Numbered from the stretch's first letter, positions 1 through 12,516 are shown. The stretch: DNA of 64,000 nt from an uncultured delta proteobacterium (GCA_963785725.1 CAWAWS010000017.1:167176-231175); one strand, 5' to 3'. Notes: a model not told the origin generated them from the sequence alone. Translations and numbers: made by a program.

Positions 1-1
1 G

Positions 2-1870
2 GTGTCGGTCGGCCAGGCGCTGCTCGAGGAGCTGGAGCCGGTCGAGCGCTTGCGACGCGTCGGGGCCGTGCTGCGCAAAGAGGTCGAGATCCTCGAGGTG
101 CAAGAGACGATTCAGTCGCGCGCCAAAGAGGAGATGTCGAAGGCGCAGCGCGAATACTTCTTGCGCGAGCAGCTCAGGCAGATTCAGTCGGAGCTCGGCA
201 CCGGCGGCAAAGGCGACCTCGAGACGCTGCGCGCGCAAGTGGAGACGGCGCGCATGTCGACCGAAGCGCGCACCGAAGCCGATCGCCAGCTGCGGCGGCT
301 CGAGCAGACCAACGCCGATTCGGTGGAAGCGGGCGTGCTGCGCGCGTATCTCGAGTGGCTCGTGGAAGTGCCGTGGCAGACGGCGACCGACGACACGCTC
401 GACTTGGCGGCGGCGCGCCACATCCTCGACGAAGATCACGAGGGCCTGGAAGACGTCAAAGATCGCATCCTCGAGCATCTCGGCGTGTTGAAGCTGATGC
501 GCGAGCGCGGTCGCGACGAGCGCGGACCGATCATTTGTTTCGTCGGGCCGCCGGGCGTGGGCAAGACGTCGCTCGGCCGCTCGATCGCGCGCGCGCTCGG
601 CCGGCGGTTTCAGCGTATTTCGCTCGGCGGCATGCGCGACGAGGCGGAGATTCGCGGCCATCGCCGCACCTACGTCGGCGCGCTGCCGGGGCGGGTCATC
701 CAAGGCATGCGGCAGGCGGGGACGATCAATCCCGTCTTCGTGCTCGACGAGATCGACAAGCTGGGTAACGACTTCCGCGGCGATCCGTCGTCGGCGCTGC
801 TCGAGGTCCTCGATCCCGAGCAGAATCAGACCTTCCGCGACCATTATCTCGGCGTCGCCTATGACCTGTCGAAGGTGCTGTTCATCGCGACGGCGAACGC
901 GGCCGACCCGATTCCGCGCGCGCTCGGCGACCGCATGGAGGTCATTCGGCTCGCCGGTTACTCGGAAGAGGAGAAGATGGCGATCACGCGTCGCCACGTG
1001 CTGCCGAAGCAGCTGGCGGCGGCGGGGCTCGATCGCGACGCGTTCAAGATCACCGATCCGGCCCTGCGGACGATGATTACGGAATACACGCGCGAAGCCG
1101 GGCTGCGCGATCTCGAGCGGCAGGTGGCGCGCATCGCCCGCAAAGTGGCGCGGCAAGAGGTCGAAGGCCGCGAAGCGCACAAGAAGCTGAAGCACCCGAC
1201 GGTGACGCCGACGACGCTGCGCAAGTGGCTGGGGCCGCCGATGGCGCCGCACCTCAATCGCCAGAGCGTCGTCGACGAAGTGGGCGCGGCGACGGGCCTG
1301 GCGTGGACGGCCTATGGCGGCGAGGTGCTCGAGATCGAAGTGCAGTGGATGCCGGGCAAGGGCTCGCTCATCCTGACCGGTCAGCTCGGCGACGTCATGA
1401 AGGAATCGGCCATGACGGCGGTCTCTTACGCGCGCGCTCGAGCGGCTTCGCTGGGCTTGAAAGAGGGTTTTTATGCCGAGCGCGAGATCCATATTCATGT
1501 ACCAGCGGGCGCAGTGCCGAAGGATGGGCCGTCGGCGGGCGTGACGATGGCGTGCGCGCTCGTGTCGCTCTTGACGAACCAGCCGGTGCGGCGCGACGTG
1601 GCGATGACGGGCGAAATCACGCTGCGCGGGCGCGTCCTGCCGGTCGGCGGGCTCAAGGAGAAGCTCTTGGCGGCGGCGCGAGCGGGGCTGTCGCAGGTGA
1701 TCGTGCCCGCCGACAACGCGCGCGACTTGGAGCAGCTGCCGCAAAAAGCGATGCACGGCCTGCGCGTGGTGTTGGCGACGACGATGGACGACGTGCTCGC
1801 GGCGGCGCTTCGGCCAGCCGGCAGCCGCACGGTTGGAGTCGAGAGCGAAGCGGGAGCGAGTGAGGACTGA
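2..1870 (+). CDS. lon: ATP-dependent Lon protease (5' end outside window)
   Basis: Walker [22 protein letters not shown], catalytic PKDGPSAG serine and GGLKEK lysine. Confidence 0.97.
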   Translation: MSVGQALLEELEPVERLRRVGAVLRKEVEILEVQETIQSRAKEEMSKAQREYFLREQLRQIQSELGTGGKGDLETLRAQVETARMSTEARTEADRQLRRLEQTNADSVEAGVLRAYLEWLVEVPWQTATDDTLDLAAARHILDEDHEGLEDVKDRILEHLGVLKLMRERGRDERGPIICFVGPPGVGKTSLGRSIARALGRRFQRISLGGMRDEAEIRGHRRTYVGALPGRVIQGMRQAGTINPVFVLDEIDKLGNDFRGDPSSALLEVLDPEQNQTFRDHYLGVAYDLSKVLFIATANAADPIPRALGDRMEVIRLAGYSEEEKMAITRRHVLPKQLAAAGLDRDAFKITDPALRTMITEYTREAGLRDLERQVARIARKVARQEVEGREAHKKLKHPTVTPTTLRKWLGPPMAPHLNRQSVVDEVGAATGLAWTAYGGEVLEIEVQWMPGKGSLILTGQLGDVMKESAMTAVSYARARAASLGLKEGFYAEREIHIHVPAGAVPKDGPSAGVTMACALVSLLTNQPVRRDVAMTGEITLRGRVLPVGGLKEKLLAAARAGLSQVIVPADNARDLEQLPQKAMHGLRVVLATTMDDVLAAALRPAGSRTVGVESEAGASED

Positions 1871-2567
1871 ATGGCCCAAGTAGATTTCCAGCGGCGCGAA
1901 ATCGCGATCAAGCTCGTCTATTACGGGCCGGCCTTGTCGGGCAAGACGACCAACTTGCAGCAGATTCATGCGCGCATGGACCCGAAGCGGCGCGGCAAGC
2001 TGCTCACGCTCGATACCAAAGAGGATCGCACGCTGTTCTTCGACCTCTTGCCGCTGGCGGTGAAGGCGGCGTCGGGCGTGACGGTCAAGGTCAAGCTGTT
2101 CACGGTGCCCGGTCAGGTCATGCACAACACGACGCGCAAAGTCGTGCTGCAGGGCTGTGACGGTGTGGCGTTCATCGCCGATTCGCAGATCTCGGAGACC
2201 AAGAACAACAACGAGTCGTTCGCCAATCTAAAGGCGAACATGAAAGAGAACCGGCTCGACACCGAGGAGATCCCCATCGTCATTCAGTTCAACAAGCGCG
2301 ACATGCCCAAGGTGCGCACCGACGACGACTTGAAGCGCATCGCGTCGCGCGGTCGCGAGCCGGTGTTTCCGGCGACGGCCATCAACGGCGCGGGCGTGCC
2401 CGAGACGTTTTTCGGGCTTGGCGGCGGCGACGTGGGACACGCTCGACAAGAAGATGGGCCTCGCGGAAAAGCACGGCATCTCGCGCGAGGAGCTGCTCAC
2501 GTCGCTGGCCAAGCAGCTCGGGGTCGAGCTGCCGCGGCCGGACCGCTTGATGGGCATCGGCAAGTGA
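1871..2567 (+). CDS. MglA-family small GTPase (paralog); probable 1-nt indel near 2415, true C-terminus LAAATWDTLDKK...GIGK* in the shifted frame
   Basis: KLVYYGPALSGKTTN, DRTLFFD, TVPGQ, NKRD motifs; the shifted frame restores typical high-GC codon usage and stops at 2565-2567. Confidence 0.88.
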
Positions 2568-2571
2568 TGCG

Positions 2572-3795
<1,224 letters not shown>

Positions 3796-3808
3796 CGGCC
3801 GGCGATGC

Positions 3809-4879
3809 GTGGAATTCGTTCTCCAGCACTTGGCGGCGATCTTGGGCCTGTTGTGCCTGAGCGCGTTCTTTGCCGCGTCGGAGACGGCGATCTTCTCGTT
3901 GCCGCGCGTCGCGCGCGAGGCGCTGGCGGGCAAGTCGGACAAGTCGTCGCAGCGGGTGACGGCGCTGATGGCGCATCCGCGCCGGCTCATCATCACCATC
4001 ATCGTCTGCAACGAGCTGGTCAACATCCTGAACTCGTCGGTGGCGGCGTCGATGACGTCGCAGCTCCTGCCGCACGCGCGCGAGCTGGTGCAGATCAGCA
4101 TCTCGACGGCGGTGATGTTGCCGCTGATTCTGTTCTTCGGCGAGATGCTGCCCAAGTCGCTGGCGCTCCGGCTGGGCGAGCGCTTCGCGCTGCCGACGTC
4201 GGGGATCTTGTATTGGCTGGCGTATGCCATCGCGCCCTTGCGCATCGTGCTGCAGACGATCGCGTCCGGCGTGCTCGCGCTCTTCGGCTCCAAGCCGATG
4301 ACGCGCGAAGAGGGGCTGCGCGAGGAGGAGTTTCGCGCGCTCGTCGACGTCGGCTCGGAAGAGGGCGAGCTGCAGGTGGCCGAGCGGCGGCTCATCCACA
4401 ACGTGTTCGAGTTCGGCGACAACACCGTCGGCAAAGTCATGACGCCGGCGGACAAGGTGTTCGCGCTGCCCTACGAGATGCCGCTCGGGCGCATGGTCGA
4501 GCAGATCGCGCGGCAGCGGTACTCGCGCGTACCGGTCTTCTCCAGCGTGCGCGGCAAGGCGACGCGCACCGCCGACGGCAAGCGCGGCGCGCCGCAGCCG
4601 GGCACGCGCGAGGTCGTCGGCATCCTGCTCGCCAAGGAGCTCGTCGGTTACGCGTGGGGCGCGCTCGAAGGCCACACCGTGCAGGATCTGCTGCACCCGG
4701 CATTGTTCGTGCCGCGAACTACCAAGTGCGATCAGCTGTTCCGCGAGTTCCAGCGTAAGCGCACCCATATCGCGCTCGTCGTCGACGAGTACGGCCGCTT
4801 GGCGGGCCTGGCGACGATGGAGGATCTGCTCGAGGAGCTGTTCGGCGAGATCGCGGACGAAAAAGAGGGACGGCCTTAG
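3809..4879 (+). CDS. CNNM/CorB-family (DUF21 + CBS pair) membrane protein lacking the C-terminal CorC_HlyC domain
   Basis: [46 protein letters not shown]; ends immediately after. Confidence 0.9.
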   Translation: MEFVLQHLAAILGLLCLSAFFAASETAIFSLPRVAREALAGKSDKSSQRVTALMAHPRRLIITIIVCNELVNILNSSVAASMTSQLLPHARELVQISISTAVMLPLILFFGEMLPKSLALRLGERFALPTSGILYWLAYAIAPLRIVLQTIASGVLALFGSKPMTREEGLREEEFRALVDVGSEEGELQVAERRLIHNVFEFGDNTVGKVMTPADKVFALPYEMPLGRMVEQIARQRYSRVPVFSSVRGKATRTADGKRGAPQPGTREVVGILLAKELVGYAWGALEGHTVQDLLHPALFVPRTTKCDQLFREFQRKRTHIALVVDEYGRLAGLATMEDLLEELFGEIADEKEGRP

Positions 4880-4881
4880 CC

Positions 4882-6192
4882 ATGACCGCCAGCGCGATGC
4901 CGTGGTGGTTTTGGCACATGTGGCCGGCGTTCGCCGTCACCGGCTTTTGCCTGCTGCTCGAGATGTTCTTCGCCGCGGCCGAGCTGTCGGTGATCTCGTG
5001 CGATCGCATCTTGCTGCGCAAGGACGCCGAGGCCAATCAGCGGGCGGCGCTCTTGCTCGAAGCCTTCCTCGAGAACAAGCAGCGCTTCTTGGCGACGACG
5101 CTGCTCGGGACGCAGCTGTCGGTCATCGTGTCGACGGTGACGATGACCTACGCGCTGCATCGCATCATGTCGCCCGAGCGCGCCGAGCTGTTCTTGCTCG
5201 CGGGGTTGACGCCGCTGCTCGTCATCTTCGGCGAGATCGTGCCCAAGACGATCGGGCAGCACTCGGCCGATCGCTGGGCGCGACGCGTCGTTTACCCGCT
5301 CTACGCGGCGTCCAAGGTGTTCGCGGCCATCGTGGCGCCGCTGACGGCGCTGACGACGGCGCTGATGGGGCGCATGGGCGTGGTCGAGCGGAAGCTGGTG
5401 ACGCGCGAGGAGCTGGAGGCGCTCTTGAAGACGCCGTCGGTGTCGTCGAAGCGCGGCGAGATCACCGAAGGCGAGCGGCGCATGATCTCGCGCATCTTCG
5501 ACTTCACCGACACGACGGCGGCGGACGTGATGGTGCCGCTGTCGGACGTGGTGGCGCTGGCGGAGACGGCCGATCTGGCGACGGCGGCGCGGCAGATCGA
5601 GGAGACGCAGTACACGCGCTTTCCGGTCTATCGCGAGCGTGTCGATCGCATCGTCGGCACGGTGCACGCGTTCGACATCCTGAAGGCGGGGCGCAGCGAC
5701 GCGAAGATTGGCGCGTTGGCGCGGGCGCCGATCTTCGTGCCCGGCAATCAGCCGGCGGTCGACCTGCTCGTCGAGCTGCAGCGGGCGCGGCAGGGCATGG
5801 CCATCATCGTCGACGAATATGGCGGCGCGGTCGGGATCGCGGCGATCGAGGACATCCTCGAGGAGATCGTGGGCGAGATCAACGACGAGCACGACGTCGC
5901 CGCGCCCAAGATTCGCAAGGAGGCCGAGGGCGTGTGGCGGGTCAACGCGCGCACGTCGGTGACGGAGGTGAATCGGCAGCTGAAGCTGGAGTTGCCGGAA
6001 GGCGAGGAGTACGAGTCCATCGGCGGGCTGGTGCTGGAGAAGCTGCGGCACATTCCGCGCGAGGGCGAGAGCGTGCGGTTCGGCGGGCTGCTCGTCAAAG
6101 TCGTCAAGGCGAACGAGCGCGCGGTGGAAGAGGTGCAGGTGCGCATGGGCAAGCGCCGCTCGCCGACGCGCGGTCCGGGCACGATCGGTTGA
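4882..6192 (+). CDS. CNNM/CorB-family (DUF21 + CBS pair + CorC_HlyC) membrane protein
   Basis: FFAAAELS, FGEIVPK, VDEYGG..IEDILEEIVGEINDE, YESIGGLV. Confidence 0.92.
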   Translation: MTASAMPWWFWHMWPAFAVTGFCLLLEMFFAAAELSVISCDRILLRKDAEANQRAALLLEAFLENKQRFLATTLLGTQLSVIVSTVTMTYALHRIMSPERAELFLLAGLTPLLVIFGEIVPKTIGQHSADRWARRVVYPLYAASKVFAAIVAPLTALTTALMGRMGVVERKLVTREELEALLKTPSVSSKRGEITEGERRMISRIFDFTDTTAADVMVPLSDVVALAETADLATAARQIEETQYTRFPVYRERVDRIVGTVHAFDILKAGRSDAKIGALARAPIFVPGNQPAVDLLVELQRARQGMAIIVDEYGGAVGIAAIEDILEEIVGEINDEHDVAAPKIRKEAEGVWRVNARTSVTEVNRQLKLELPEGEEYESIGGLVLEKLRHIPREGESVRFGGLLVKVVKANERAVEEVQVRMGKRRSPTRGPGTIG

Positions 6193-6256
6193 TGGGCGGC
6201 TGATTCTCGGGCGTCGGCTACCCTGGCGGCGCGCGTTCGACTAAGCTCAGCCGCGC

Positions 6257-7012
6257 ATGGATCCCAAGCAGCTGCGCGCGCTCCTCGAGCGTGTCCAACA
6301 AGGCGACACCGCCGTCGACGCGGCGTTGCACGAGCTCGCCGATCTGCCGTACAAAGATCTCGGCTTCGCGCGCGTCGATCATCATCGTCATCTGCGCACG
6401 GGTTTTCCCGAGGTCATCCTCGGGCTCGGCAAGACGGCGACGCAGATCGGGCGCATCATGGCCGAGCTGGCGGCGACGGGCGCCAACGTGCTGGCGACGC
6501 GCGTGCCCGAGACGCACGTGGCCGAAGTGCTGCGCCTCGTGCCGAACGCGCGGCACGAGGCCGACGCGCGGGCGATGGTCGTCGAGCAGGCGCCGATCGT
6601 CGACAGCGGACGCGGGCAGATCCTCGTCGTGGCCGCGGGCACGAGCGACTTGCCGGTGGCGGAGGAGGCGCTGTTGACGGCGCGCCTCGGCGGCAATCGC
6701 GTCGAGCGGCTGTACGACGTGGGCGTGGCCGGGATTCATCGGCTGCTCGGCAATCGCGCGCTGCTCGAGGCGGCGGCGGTGCTCGTCGTCGTCGCCGGCA
6801 TGGAAGGCGCGCTGCCGTCGGTGGTCGCCGGCCTCGTCAGTAAGCCGGTGATCGCGGTGCCGACGTCGGTGGGCTACGGCGCCAGCTTCGGCGGATTGGC
6901 GGCGCTGCTCGGCATGCTCAACAGCTGCGCCGCCGGCGTCACGGTCGTCAACATCGACAACGGCTTCGGCGCAGGTTACGCGGCGTCGCTCATCAACCGA
7001 AAGAGTGTGTGA
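6257..7012 (+). CDS. larB: Nickel-pincer cofactor biosynthesis carboxylase/hydrolase LarB
   Basis: RVDHHR..RTGFPEV, AGTSDLPVAEE, DVGVAGIHRL, AGMEGALPSV, PTSVGYG, VNIDNGFGA. Confidence 0.95.
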   Translation: MDPKQLRALLERVQQGDTAVDAALHELADLPYKDLGFARVDHHRHLRTGFPEVILGLGKTATQIGRIMAELAATGANVLATRVPETHVAEVLRLVPNARHEADARAMVVEQAPIVDSGRGQILVVAAGTSDLPVAEEALLTARLGGNRVERLYDVGVAGIHRLLGNRALLEAAAVLVVVAGMEGALPSVVAGLVSKPVIAVPTSVGYGASFGGLAALLGMLNSCAAGVTVVNIDNGFGAGYAASLINRKSV

Positions 7013-8385
7013 ACGTGAGCGAGCTGCAAGGCACCGAGCTGTATTTCGACTGTTTCGCCGGCATCGCGGGCGACATGACGCTGGGCGCGCTGCTCGATTT
7101 GGGCGTGCCCGAAGACGTCGTGCGCGCCGAGCTGGCCAAGCTGCCGCTCACGAATTATCGGCTGACCCGCGAACGCGTGCAGCGCGGCGCCTTGATGGGC
7201 ACGAAGATCCACGTGCTGGTTGACGACGTTGATCAACCTCATCAACCTCGGGCCGACGATCACGATCACCATGATCATCGTGCGCACAAGCCGGTCGGGC
7301 CCCATTTGCACGACGAGCCGGAGCCGCACGCGCATCATCATCATGCCGAGCAGGCGCGGCCGGAGCCGCCGCATACACACGACGAGCACGTGGCGCATGA
7401 TCCGCGCCATTCGCACGACGCGCACGCGCCGCACGCGCACACGCACTATCGCGACATTCGCGCGATGCTGGAGCGGCACCTGGGCGGCGACACGCTCGTG
7501 CGCGCGCTGGGGATTTTCGATCGCATCGCCGTCGTCGAGGCGCGGCTGCATGGCGTGACCGTGGCCGACGTCGCCTTTCACGAAGTGGGCGCCGTCGATT
7601 CGATCGTCGACATCGTCGGCGCGGCGGCGGCGCTGGCGTGGCTGCGGCCGGCGCGCATCACGTCGCGGCGCGTGCCGCTCGGCGGCGGCACCGTCGACAC
7701 CGCGCACGGCCGCCTGCCCGTGCCGGCGCCGGCGACGCTGGAGCTGCTCGCCGGCGTCGACGTCGAAGCCGGCGGCGACAGCGAGCTGACGACGCCGACG
7801 GGCGCCGGCATCCTCGCCGCCAGCGCCGTCGCCTACGGGCCACTGCCGCCGATGCGCGTCGTCGCCGTCGGCTGGGGCGCGGGCGATCGCCAGCTGGCCG
7901 ATCGGCCGAACCTCTTGCGCGTCGTGGCCGGCGTGCGCGACGCCGCCAGCAGCGACGAGATCGTCGTCGTCGAGGCCAACATCGACGACATGAACCCGGA
8001 GTTGTGCGAGCCGCTCTTGGAGGCGCTGTTCGCCGCCGGCGCCGTCGACGCTTGGTTCACGCCCATCGTCATGAAGAAGTCGCGGCCGGCGTTGATGGTG
8101 GCGGCGCTGGCGCCGGCGGCCATGCGCGACGCCGTGGCGCAGGCGATGCTGCGCGAATCGACCACGATCGGCGTGCGCTTCCGAGCCATGACGCGCAAGG
8201 TGCTGCCGCGGCGGATGGTCGAGGTGGACACGCCGTGGGGGCCAATCGCCGTCAAGGTCGCGGGCGAAGGCGACCTGGTCAACGCCGCGCCGGAATACGA
8301 GGATTGCCGCCGCGTCGCGTCGACCGCCGGCGTCCCGGTCAAGCGCGTCTATTTGGCCGCGCTCGCTGCATTTTACCGTCGCTAG
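7009..8385 (+). CDS. larC: Nickel insertase LarC, single ORF with a long His-rich insert
   Basis: DCFAGIAGDM, FHEVGAVDSIVD, AHGRLPVPAPAT, ELTTPTGA, EANIDD, MKKSRP, PEYEDC. Confidence 0.95.
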   Translation: MNVSELQGTELYFDCFAGIAGDMTLGALLDLGVPEDVVRAELAKLPLTNYRLTRERVQRGALMGTKIHVLVDDVDQPHQPRADDHDHHDHRAHKPVGPHLHDEPEPHAHHHHAEQARPEPPHTHDEHVAHDPRHSHDAHAPHAHTHYRDIRAMLERHLGGDTLVRALGIFDRIAVVEARLHGVTVADVAFHEVGAVDSIVDIVGAAAALAWLRPARITSRRVPLGGGTVDTAHGRLPVPAPATLELLAGVDVEAGGDSELTTPTGAGILAASAVAYGPLPPMRVVAVGWGAGDRQLADRPNLLRVVAGVRDAASSDEIVVVEANIDDMNPELCEPLLEALFAAGAVDAWFTPIVMKKSRPALMVAALAPAAMRDAVAQAMLRESTTIGVRFRAMTRKVLPRRMVEVDTPWGPIAVKVAGEGDLVNAAPEYEDCRRVASTAGVPVKRVYLAALAAFYRR

Positions 8386-8426
8386 GGCATCGCTAAGGCG
8401 TCGCTGAACGTGTTATACTGCTGGCG

Positions 8427-10442
8427 GTGCCAAGTCGTGACCGCATCCTGATCGTCGGTGGCGACGAGGCTGCCCGCGCTGGCTACCTCGCCGAGCTGCG
8501 TGGCGCCGGCTACAACGCCGAGGCGCGCGGCGGCGTCATCGAGGATGCCGAGGGCGCGGATTTGGTGCTCGTGGCCGGTGGCGCCGAAGGCTCGCGGCGC
8601 GACGGCTTCGGCGCGCTCGTCGACGCCGTGACCGCGGCGCGCAAGGCGGCGCGCGCCGCCACCGTCATCGCCTGCGTGTCGCGCGACGTCGACGCCGAGG
8701 AGCTGCTCGAAGCCGTGCGCGCGTCGCTGGCCTCGGGCGCCGATGACGTCGTCGTCGCGCCGCCCGTCGCCGGCGCGCTGTTGGCGCGCGTCGGCGCCGG
8801 CCTCAAGATGTCGACGGCGCGCATCGCCCTCGAGCGCTACGAACGCTACGGCGAAGCGCTGTCGCACATCGCCGGCGCCGTCGGCGTCACGCTCGATTCG
8901 CCCGAGGCGCTGCACGATCTCTTGGCCCGCGTCTGCGACTCCGTCGGCTGGACGCGCGCCGCGCTCTTGCTGCAAGGCGACGATCCGAAGGGCCTCTTGC
9001 TCGTCGCGGCGTCGGACGATCCGTCGGCGATGAAGGTGCCGCTCATCCTCGATCGCTATCCCGAAGTGCGCGCCTGTATGGACTCGCGCGAGCCGGTGCT
9101 CGTCGAGGATGCGCGCGCCTCGGCGCTGCTCGGCCAGTGGGCGGAGCTGGCGGCCGAGAAGGGCGGGCGCGCGCTCTTGGCCGTGCCGCTCATGGTCGAG
9201 CGCCGCGTCGTGGGCGCGATCTTGCTGCGTCATTACGTGGCGCGGCCGCATCTGGGTCCGCGCGCCATCGATTTCCTGCGCGTGGCGTCGTCGATGTTGG
9301 GCCTCGTCTTGCGCGCCGGCCGCGTCTTCGAAGGCTTGCGCGAGCAGACCCGCCGACTGTCGCTGGCACGCCACTCCGAAGAGCGCCGCACGCGCGCCCT
9401 CGAGCAGTACAAAGACTTCTTCGAGGCCTCGACCGACGGCATGGTCGTCCTCGACGCCGACGGCACCATCGTCTACGTCAACCGCGCCACCGAGCAGATG
9501 ACCGGCTACGCGCGCGAAGGCTTGGCCGGCCGCAACTTCACCGAGCTGCTCGCCTCCGGGCAGCGCGAGAGCATGGGCCACATCGTCGACCGCGTCGCGC
9601 GCGGCGCCAACTTGGAAGTCTTCGACCTCGCGCTCTCGACGACGTCGGGCGAGATCTTGACCGTCAGCGTGTCGACGTCGCCGGTGTTGGCCGAGCACGC
9701 GACCGCCGTCATCGCCTTCCGCGACGTGACCGAAGCGCGCGCCCTCGAAGCCGAGCTGCGCAAGAGCCGCGAATTTCTCGAGCGGCTGATCGACTCCACC
9801 GTCGACGGCATCATCTGCGCCGACATGCGCGGCAACATCCTCATCTTCAACCAAGGCGCCGCCCGCTTGTACGGCTACGCGCCCGAAGACGTCGTCGCGA
9901 AGTTGCCGGTGTGGAAGCTGTATCCGGAAGGTGTCGGGCGGGCGATCATGGCCGAGCTGCGCGCGGCGACGAACGGTGGCATCGGTCGCCTCTTGCCGAC
10001 GCGGCGCGAGATCGTGACCAAAGAGGGCGAGCTCGTGCCGGTGTCGCTGGCGGCGTCGATCGTCTACGAAGATCGCCGCGAGATCGCGACCGTCGGCATC
10101 TTGAGCGACCTGCGCGATCGCATCAAGATCGAGCAGCGACTGGCGCAGGCGCAAGAGAAGCTGATGGTGTCGGAGAAGCAGGCGCTCATCGCCGAGCTGG
10201 CCGGCACGACGGCGCACGAGCTGAATCAGCCGCTGACGTCGGTCATGGGTTACTCCGAGCTCTTGCGCAAGAAGATGTCGCCCGACGACGTGCATTATCG
10301 CGCCATCGACATCATCTTGCGCGAGGCCGAGCGCATGGCCGAGATCGTGCGCAAGATCGGCAAGATCACGCGCTACGAGACCAAGGCCTACGTCGGCTCG
10401 ACGCAAATTCTCGACCTCGACAAGAGCACGACCGATGGGTGA
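8427..10442 (+). CDS. Degenerate receiver-GAF-PAS-PAS-HisKA protein without HATPase domain
   Basis: Two PAS signatures (DGMVVLDADG..VN; DGIICADMRG..FN), H-box AHELNQPL, stop ~65 aa later with no N/G boxes. Confidence 0.85.
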   Translation: MPSRDRILIVGGDEAARAGYLAELRGAGYNAEARGGVIEDAEGADLVLVAGGAEGSRRDGFGALVDAVTAARKAARAATVIACVSRDVDAEELLEAVRASLASGADDVVVAPPVAGALLARVGAGLKMSTARIALERYERYGEALSHIAGAVGVTLDSPEALHDLLARVCDSVGWTRAALLLQGDDPKGLLLVAASDDPSAMKVPLILDRYPEVRACMDSREPVLVEDARASALLGQWAELAAEKGGRALLAVPLMVERRVVGAILLRHYVARPHLGPRAIDFLRVASSMLGLVLRAGRVFEGLREQTRRLSLARHSEERRTRALEQYKDFFEASTDGMVVLDADGTIVYVNRATEQMTGYAREGLAGRNFTELLASGQRESMGHIVDRVARGANLEVFDLALSTTSGEILTVSVSTSPVLAEHATAVIAFRDVTEARALEAELRKSREFLERLIDSTVDGIICADMRGNILIFNQGAARLYGYAPEDVVAKLPVWKLYPEGVGRAIMAELRAATNGGIGRLLPTRREIVTKEGELVPVSLAASIVYEDRREIATVGILSDLRDRIKIEQRLAQAQEKLMVSEKQALIAELAGTTAHELNQPLTSVMGYSELLRKKMSPDDVHYRAIDIILREAERMAEIVRKIGKITRYETKAYVGSTQILDLDKSTTDG

Positions 10443-12247
10443 GCGGCTGCGCGCCCCCAAGAAGCTCAAGGCGAAAGGGTCGCCGCCGGCCGGCAAGCGC
10501 AGCGCCAAGCCGCGCGCGCCCAAGCGCGTCGTGAAGTCGCCGGTCAAGGCCGTGGCTTCGCCGGCGCCGGCGAAATCGCCGGGCGTGGTCAAAGCCGTCG
10601 CCGCCTTGCCGAAGCGTCCGCCGCCGCGCGCGCGCCAAGCGGCCGTCGCGGCTGGTGCCGCCGCCGCAAGCCGACGTCATGCAGGCGGCGTTCGATCTGT
10701 CGCGCCAGCTGTCGCTCGAAGTGCGCGAAGAGGAGCTGGTCGGCACGTTCGTCTCGACGCTCGGCCGCCTCTTGCCCGGTCGCTACTTGTGCCTGCGCGT
10801 CATCGATCCGCGCACGCAGGCGCTGACGTCGATGATCTCCGACGGTCCGCTGGCGACGGGCGAGGCGACGATGCAGGCGGCGTCGCTGGCCATCAAGCGC
10901 TCGGCGCTGCGGCGCACGCGGCTGTCGGACTCGGTGACGCAGTCGGCGCGCGTGCGCATCGTCGACGGCTACGAGCGCGTCTTCCGCGACTCGGCGGGCG
11001 GCTTTTCGGTGCCGCTCGTGGCCTCGGGCGAGATGTTCGGCCTGCTCAACGTCGAATATCCGCCGCCGTTCGACCTCTGTGAAGACGACGAGCCGGTGAC
11101 GATTCCGCTGGCGAATCAGCTGTCGGTGGCGCTGCGCAACCTCAACCTGCTCGGCGAAGCGCGCTACTACCGCGACTATCTGCGCAAGATGATCGACGTC
11201 GCCAATGCGTTCATCATCGTCGTCGACCGCGACGCGCGCATCGCCGTCATGAACCGCGCCATGCAGCGCTACCTCGGCTTTCCGCCGAGCATCATCGGCA
11301 CGCCGCTGGAAGAGGTGCGCAAGCGCTCGACCGCCGCCGAGCCGCGCTTGTCGACGCTCCTCCTCGCCGGTCTGCGCGGCGTCGAATACAGCGACTGCGA
11401 AGTGCCGCTGTGGCAGCGACACGTGCAGAAGCTCGGGCGCGCCATGTTCAACACGTCGGTCATGCGCGCGCCCGACGGCAGCATCGACGGCGTCATCGCC
11501 ATCGGCAACGACGTCGAGCGCATGCGTTCGCTCGAGCGGCAGGTGATTCAGGCCGAGAAGCTGGCGACGCTCGGGCAGTTGGCGGCCGGCGTCGTGCACG
11601 AGCTGAACAATCCGCTCACGTCGATCAGCGTCTACGGCGACTATTTGGTGCGGCTGCTCGATCGTGTCGGCGACAAGCCCGACGTCGACAAGGCGACGAA
11701 GGTCGTCGAAGGCGCCGCGCGGATTCAGAAGCTGACGCGCGATCTGATGAGCTACGCGCGGCCGTCGGGCGAGCCGGAGTGGGTCAGCATCAACGAGGTC
11801 GTCAAGCAGGCGCTGACCTTCTGTGAGCACGTCGTGCGCCGCGCCGAGGCCGAAGTGACGCTGACGTTGGGCGACGATTTGCCGCGGGTGCACGCCATCC
11901 GCGCGCAGTTGCACCAAGTGCTCATCAACCTCATCACCAACGCCTGCCACGCGCTCGGTCGGCCGGGCGGCGGCGTGCGCCTCGGCACGAGCCTGTCCGC
12001 CGACGGCCGCATGGTGCGCATCAGCGTCCACGACGACGGCTGCGGCATCGGCGCGCACGACCGCGATCGCGTCTTCGAGCCGTTCTTCACGACGAAAAAA
12101 GACGGCAAAGGCACCGGCCTCGGTTTATCGATCGTCAAAAATATCGTAGAAGGACACGGCGGCCACGTCGGCTTCGACAGCGACATCGGGGACGGCACGA
12201 CGTTCGTGATCACCCTGCCGCTGAAAAAGGAGACCGTAGTCGTATGA
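10435..12247 (+). CDS. GAF-PAS histidine kinase (NtrB-like) with Lys/Pro-rich N-terminus; probable frameshift near 10625-10635
   Basis: HELNNPL, NLITNA, DDGCG, FEPFFTTK, GTGLGL in ORF 10655-12247; ATG at 10435 overlaps the upstream gene end and encodes a KAP-rich leader in another frame. Confidence 0.85.
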
Positions 12248-12516
12248 AGATCGACGAAACACTGAAGGAATTGGAAACTGTCGCGGAAAAAATAAAGGTC
12301 AAAGTGACCTACGAGAATATTGGCGGTGAATTGGGCGCGGGCGGTTTGTGCAAAGTGAAGGGCGAGCACCGCGTCATCGTCGACAAGCGCGCCACCGACG
12401 GCGAAAAAGTGACCGTTCTGGCGCAGGCGCTGGCCAAGTTCCCGCTCGAAGAAGTGTTCATGACCGAGAAGACGCGCGCGCTCATCGAACGCTCGGCCTC
12501 CTTCATCCGTAAGTAA
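12244..12516 (+). CDS. Small hypothetical protein (90 aa)
   Basis: AAGGAG RBS, ATGA overlap with upstream stop, GGLCKVKG motif. Confidence 0.75.
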   Translation: MKIDETLKELETVAEKIKVKVTYENIGGELGAGGLCKVKGEHRVIVDKRATDGEKVTVLAQALAKFPLEEVFMTEKTRALIERSASFIRK

